Assembly (NCBI GenBank): GCA_037189525.1
Contig: JBBCJC010000005.1
Location: 512,001 to 576,000 of the forward strand
DNA: 64,000 bases
DNA from: Gemmatimonadales bacterium
GTDB taxonomy: Bacteria; Gemmatimonadota; Gemmatimonadetes; Gemmatimonadales; GWC2-71-9
Direction: 5' to 3'
Shown: positions 59,803-64,000 of the stretch, in pieces
How the letters are laid out: every line of letters starts with the position of its first letter
Numbering within the stretch: the stretch's first letter is position 1
The notes under the pieces: model-generated
What the model was told of the DNA's origin: nothing
Database searches by the model: none
The model's input: only the letters and a program-made list of their open reading frames with translations
Program-made: the position numbers and the translations under genes

Positions 59803-61314
59803 TCAGCGCGGCACGACGGCAACCTCCCGCCGGCGAGTCGACTGGGCGTAGCTCAGCGCCGAGTCGAGCATGGCGTCGAGGGCGACGCGGTCGAAGAAGC
59901 GGCCGTTCAGGAACACGGCGTCGATCCGCTTCACATTGCTGATATCAGCCAACGGGTCGGCGCCGAGCAGGACCAGGCTGGCCCGCTTGCCAGGCTCGAC
60001 CGTGCCCAGCGTCGTCAGCCGCTGAGCAGCTTCGGCCGAGTTGCGGGTGGCGGCCTGGATGGCCTGCATGGGGGTGAGACCCGCCTGGACCAGCAGTTCC
60101 AGTTCGCGATGGAGGCTGAAGCCCGGCACCAGCGGCACCACGGGTACGTCGGTCCCGGTGATCAGCTTGACCCCGTTTCGGATCAGGGGCGGAATGGTGC
60201 TCAGGTGGCGGGTCAGCCGGGCGCGGCCCGCCTCGAGTTGCGCGGGCGTAGCCTGCGCACCTGTTGGAATCCCCTCATCCATCGTGAGTGCCGCGGCCGG
60301 GGCGTACTTGAGTTCCGGTGGATTGCGGAAGGCTGAGTCGTTGGCGCGGAAGACGGTCTCCATCACGACCAACGTCGGGTCGAACCAGACCGGCCGTTCC
60401 GCTGCGAAGCGACCGAAGGCGTCGGCGGTGGCCGAGTCGTACGCGGCGAGCGCGGAGTCGGCCACGGCGAGACGGAGCCCGAAGAGCGGCCCCAGGATCG
60501 GCAGAGCGCGGTGGCGATCGAAGAACCGCTGGCTCAGCTGGAGAGCCCAGTTGCTCAGCTCTTCGCCACGCGGGGTCATGGCGAGTTCGACCCGGGTATT
60601 GTGCTCGATGGTGCGCTGCCCTGCCTCGATGGCTTCACGAACCGAGACGCTCTCCGGCACATGTCCGACGACCGGGATACCGTGCCGTTTGGCGGCGGCC
60701 AGGATCGTGAAGTACGCGACGCGCGGCGTCAGGCTGTGGACCTTGATCGCATCGATTTTGACGCGGGCGAGGCTGTCGACCATGGCCACGGCATACGCGG
60801 TGTCGTCCACCGCTTCCCGCGCCTCGGCGTAGGGGGTGCCCTGGATGGCGCGCAGCAGGTACTGGGCATCCAGGGTCGGACCGGTGATCAGGAATTCGGG
60901 GCCGGTCAAGCGTCCTTCCCTCACCGACTCGCGGAGCCAGAGGGAAATGGCCAGGTCGCTGCTCATGTCGCGCACGCCGGTCACGCCGTTGGCGAGGAAG
61001 AGCGGAAAGGCGTACTGCTCGTAACCGTAGGCGTGGGAGTGCATGTCCCAGAGGCCGGGGATGAGGAACTTGCCGGTCCCGTCGATCACGATGGTGCTGT
61101 CGGTGGTTTCGAAACGCCGGGTCGGGCCGATCAGGAGGATCGAGTCGCCCTGGATGGCGACGGTCTGTTCGACGAGCGGAGCGGCGCCGGTACCGTCGAT
61201 GACGGTGACGTTCCGGATGACGTAATCGGCGTCGAGGGTCTCGGTAGGGGTGCACCCGGCGGCGGTGGCAGCCAGGCAGAGGAGGACGGCCGTTCGAAAC
61301 AACGGAAGACGCAT
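59803..61314 (-). CDS. Amidohydrolase family lipoprotein
   Basis: AAGC lipobox, IPGLWDMHSH, GH, EH, GTD, GTVEPGKRA. Confidence 0.9.
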   Translation of the reverse strand: MRLPLFRTAVLLCLAATAAGCTPTETLDADYVIRNVTVIDGTGAAPLVEQTVAIQGDSILLIGPTRRFETTDSTIVIDGTGKFLIPGLWDMHSHAYGYEQYAFPLFLANGVTGVRDMSSDLAISLWLRESVREGRLTGPEFLITGPTLDAQYLLRAIQGTPYAEAREAVDDTAYAVAMVDSLARVKIDAIKVHSLTPRVAYFTILAAAKRHGIPVVGHVPESVSVREAIEAGQRTIEHNTRVELAMTPRGEELSNWALQLSQRFFDRHRALPILGPLFGLRLAVADSALAAYDSATADAFGRFAAERPVWFDPTLVVMETVFRANDSAFRNPPELKYAPAAALTMDEGIPTGAQATPAQLEAGRARLTRHLSTIPPLIRNGVKLITGTDVPVVPLVPGFSLHRELELLVQAGLTPMQAIQAATRNSAEAAQRLTTLGTVEPGKRASLVLLGADPLADISNVKRIDAVFLNGRFFDRVALDAMLDSALSYAQSTRRREVAVVPR

Positions 61315-61440
61315 GACCGCTCTCGGTTCGGGGTATTGCGGATCCCGGCGGCAGTCGGCGCTCGCGCGGAGGCCGAAGGTCGAGAACACGCTGTGGAAAC
61401 TAAAATATAGGTAGGGTCTTCTCCGGGCTGGCCGGCTCGA

Positions 61441-61960
61441 TCCCCAGTCACGTCGGGCGCAACGGCTGTCACCCGGCTCGTAACGATGGTCAGGTGGCTG
61501 GAACGGGCTGTCACCTCGGATAGAACGACTGTCAGGTCACGGAAAACGGCGGTCAGGTGTCCCGACGCGGCGTTCGGGGACACGAAACGGCTGTCAGATG
61601 ACCGGAAACGGCTGTCACTCGTCCCGCAACGGCGGTCAGGTGGCTGGAACGCCCTGTCACCTCGGACAAAACGACTGTCAGGTCACGGAAAACGACGGTC
61701 AGGTGTCCCAATGCGGCGTTCGGGGACAGAAAACGGCTGTCAGATGACTGGAAACGACTGTCACCCGTCCCGCAATGACGGTCACTCGTCCCGAAACGGC
61801 TGTCACGGTCCTCGAACGGGCGGTCAGACGACGGAAAACGGCGGTCACAGCTTCCGAAACGGCGTCCAAGTACAGACCCGGACGGTCAGGGAGCCCGAAC
61901 GGGCTGTCAGAGGACTCGAACGGACGTTTCAGGTGCCCGCAACGGCGTTCGGGACGAGAA
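61441..61960. repeat. Array of about 25 degenerate 21-bp units (core AACGRCKGTCA) with a 146-bp higher-order repeat
   Basis: GTCA cores at 61447, 61468, 61489, 61510, 61531, 61552 and onward; every seventh step is 20 bp; 61488-61633 is nearly identical to 61634-61779. Confidence 0.9.
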
Positions 61961-62055
61961 TCGAACGGATCGGCTACTGATTCGGGCGGACCTCGCTTCC
62001 GAACAGGGCCCGGAGAGGCTATTCTTGGCGCCGGCAAGCAGAACACCGGATAGTA

Positions 62056-62129
62056 CGGGACGTAGCGCAGCCCGGTAGCGCACCTGAATGGGGTTCAGGG
62101 GGTCGCGGGTTCAAATCCCGCCGTCCCGA
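62056..62129 (+). tRNA. tRNA-Pro (GGG)
   Basis: CGGGACGTAGCGCAGCCCGGTAGCGCACCTGAATGGGGTTCAGGGGGTCGCGGGTTCAAATCCCGCCGTCCCGA. Confidence 0.97.
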
Positions 62130-62142
62130 TTCCATCTAAGTA

Positions 62143-62183
62143 CGAGCCCCGCTCGACCTTACGTCGGGCGGGGCGTTCGCTTT
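62143..62183 (+). terminator. Hairpin after tRNA-Pro
   Basis: GCCCCGCTCGAC-CTTAC-GTCGGGCGGGGC then GTTCGCTTT. Confidence 0.65.
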
Positions 62184-62264
62184 CCCTCAGAGCGCGTGGA
62201 GCGATCCCACCGAAAACTCCATCGCACCACCCCATAACTTCAACCGTTTACCACCGCCGTCCTG

Positions 62265-62510
62265 TTAGAGCTTCGGCAGGAAATACCGAATCGGCTTCTG
62301 GTACACCTTCGCAAAGCGCGCCAGATCAATCGGGTCTAACCGGCGCTCACCCAGCTCGCATTTGGTCACGTAGGACTGAGGCCGGCGCAGCGCCTTCGCC
62401 ACCTGAACTTGGGTCAGCCCACAGGCGATTCGGGCACGCCGGAGCCGTGTGAGCAGGAACTGATACTCCGGCGTATGTACGGCACCGCGCTTGGGCTTGG
62501 AGGGCTCCAT
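62265..62510 (-). CDS. XRE-family HTH protein
   Basis: LRRARIACGLTQVQVAKALRRPQSYVTKCELGERRLD. Confidence 0.9.
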   Translation of the reverse strand: MEPSKPKRGAVHTPEYQFLLTRLRRARIACGLTQVQVAKALRRPQSYVTKCELGERRLDPIDLARFAKVYQKPIRYFLPKL

Positions 62511-62731
62511 AGCCTCCACGCTCTCTTGCCTTGTACAATAACCCAACATGGGATATCATAGGGCCGTTTCCCCTGTCCGCTGACGCTCGTGGAGGATCGT
62601 ATGGTTCGTCTCAGCGGTGCCCTACTGCTCGTTGTTCTGATGTCCGGCTGAGCCTAGCCTGTGAGGCCCTGCATCTCTGCTTCGGTCCCACTCTAAGGGA
62701 CGTACAATCATCATAAATCGCGGGCGTTCGC

Positions 62732-63199
62732 ATGGTACACCTACGAATCGCAATCCTTCTTGCATGCATCTCTGGCTGCGCCGATCCGGGGCCGGCGACC
62801 ACCGCACCTCCACCAGCACCTGTGCCCCCCCCAGCGCCATCACCACCCCCGGCACCACCACCCCCGCCTCCGGCAGCCAAGTGCGGTACCAGCCAGCTGT
62901 GCGGGCAGGGAGTATCGGTGACCAAGGAGACGGACCCCAGCAAGCGTCCGGAAGGAGTCACCGACTTCTGGACCATCACCATCGGCCTTTGGAACGATGG
63001 GCCATCCTGTGCTGGCTCAGTCGAAGGGCGCGCCTACGTGATCGTACCCACACATTCTCACACCTTTCGAAGCGGTCGAGATGGCCCGGAACCAGTACCG
63101 CTGGGTGCGAGCTCGGTGCGCGTGGGGACGACCGATAGCCTATTCACTACGATTGACTCCATCGAAGTCCGGAGCTGGACCGCGATCAGCTGTCCCTAG
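62732..63199 (+). CDS. Hypothetical Pro-rich lipoprotein
   Basis: ISGC lipobox, poly-Pro linker, four further Cys. Confidence 0.6.
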   Translation: MVHLRIAILLACISGCADPGPATTAPPPAPVPPPAPSPPPAPPPPPPAAKCGTSQLCGQGVSVTKETDPSKRPEGVTDFWTITIGLWNDGPSCAGSVEGRAYVIVPTHSHTFRSGRDGPEPVPLGASSVRVGTTDSLFTTIDSIEVRSWTAISCP

Positions 63200-63581
63200 C
63201 TTGCTGTATCACCCTAAGGGGAATTAGGTCCAGGGGGTCGCGGGGTTCAAATTCCACCGTCCCAACTTGAAAGTGCGGACCATCACCCGCGCTTTTTCGT
63301 GTCGTCGCCGAGCTTTGGTCGCCGCAGCTCACCTCCAGCTCGTTGCTTACCAGTCAAATCACGCGGTCTCAACTCAATCTGAATACAAGCCCCGCTCGAC
63401 CTTGCGTCAGGCGGAGCTTTCGCTCTGTCAGTCTGCCGGGCCTCGGGACAGCAACCCCACGCCGCACTACAACGCCACCCCCCGAAAAACTTGCTCACGA
63501 CCGCAGTCGCCACCATACTGCGAGAAGGGGTCGTTTCCATTCGACTTCCCGCCAGATCTCAACGCGCGAACCGGATCCGCT

Positions 63582-64000
63582 ATGTCCCGCATCGCTCTGC
63601 TGTTTCTGATGCTCCTCGCCGCCCATCCATCGGCCGGCGCCGCCCAAGGCAACGTCCGTCAACTCTTCGGCGTCATGACCCCGATGCGCGATGGCGTCAA
63701 GCTCGCCTCCGATGTCTGGCTGCCCGAAGCGCCGGGGCAATACCCCGTGCTGCTGATCCGGACGCCGTACCTCAAATCGATGGAGCTCATCAACGTCCCG
63801 ACCCTGGCGGCCTGGTTTGCCTCACGCGGCTACGTCTTCGTCGTTCAGGACGTGCGCGGTCGAGGCGACTCCGAAGGCGAGTTCAATTTCTTCTTCCAGG
63901 AAGGCCCCGACGGATACGACACCATAGAGTGGCTAGCCAAGCAGCCGTTCTCCAACGGGCGCGTCGGCATGCTGGGCGTGTCGTATCTCGGTACCGTACA
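63582..64000 (+). CDS. CocE/NonD family hydrolase (runs off the window end)
   Basis: MSRIALLF..., MRDGVKLASDVWLP, RTPY, QDVRGRGDSEG, GMLGVSYLG. Confidence 0.88.
   Translation, partial: MSRIALLFLMLLAAHPSAGAAQGNVRQLFGVMTPMRDGVKLASDVWLPEAPGQYPVLLIRTPYLKSMELINVPTLAAWFASRGYVFVVQDVRGRGDSEGEFNFFFQEGPDGYDTIEWLAKQPFSNGRVGMLGVSYLGTV

Larger units (their letters stand above)
62130..63424. mobile_element. tRNA-Pro-anchored islet remnant bounded by att-like scars (63231-63263 and 63354-63424)
   Basis: Two degenerate copies of the tRNA-Pro 3' end; no integrase present. Confidence 0.6.

Noticed and set aside
61441..61960. CRISPR array
   Set aside because: The conserved core is only ~11 nt and degenerate, the variable parts are ~10 nt and recur with the 146-bp period, and no cas genes are in the window.
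61486..61980. 164-aa ORF (and overlapping ORFs) across the repeat array
   Set aside because: The peptide repeat changes character at each 20-bp step and has no clear SD; most likely open by composition.
63231..63263. Second tRNA-Pro gene
   Set aside because: Only the 3' half is present, with mismatches and an insertion, and there is no D-arm or 5' acceptor strand.

Overview
GC-rich bacterial chromosomal segment. Gene content (clade II nos cluster, PadR plus ADOP-type permease, many secreted hydrolases and Ig/beta-propeller lipoproteins, apparently leaderless genes) suggests a Gemmatimonadota-like organism; this is inference. 0.1-9.2 kb holds a clade II (Sec/lipoprotein) nitrous-oxide reductase locus nosZ-B-L-D-F-Y plus a blue-copper protein. 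It is preceded by DUF2249, Crp/Fnr, cupin and two small heme-copper-oxidase-like membrane genes, and has three identically spaced TGTGA-N6-TCACA promoter boxes. The middle of the window is mostly secreted hydrolases and housekeeping genes (gdh, aldehyde dehydrogenase, lhr, flap nuclease, ggt, uup). The strongest unannotated signal is a ribosome-dependent attenuator architecture at 21746-21956 (-): a 23-aa leader with Cys-Cys-Cys (TGT TGT TGT), an antiterminator and an intrinsic terminator, ahead of dsbD-N, tlpA and tRNA-Cys. Other notable signals are a 25-unit, strictly 21-bp-phased array with a 146-bp higher-order repeat before tRNA-Pro, and two degenerate tRNA-Pro 3'-end copies marking integration scars around a 1.1-kb islet. 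Family names come from motif recognition by eye, not from database searches.
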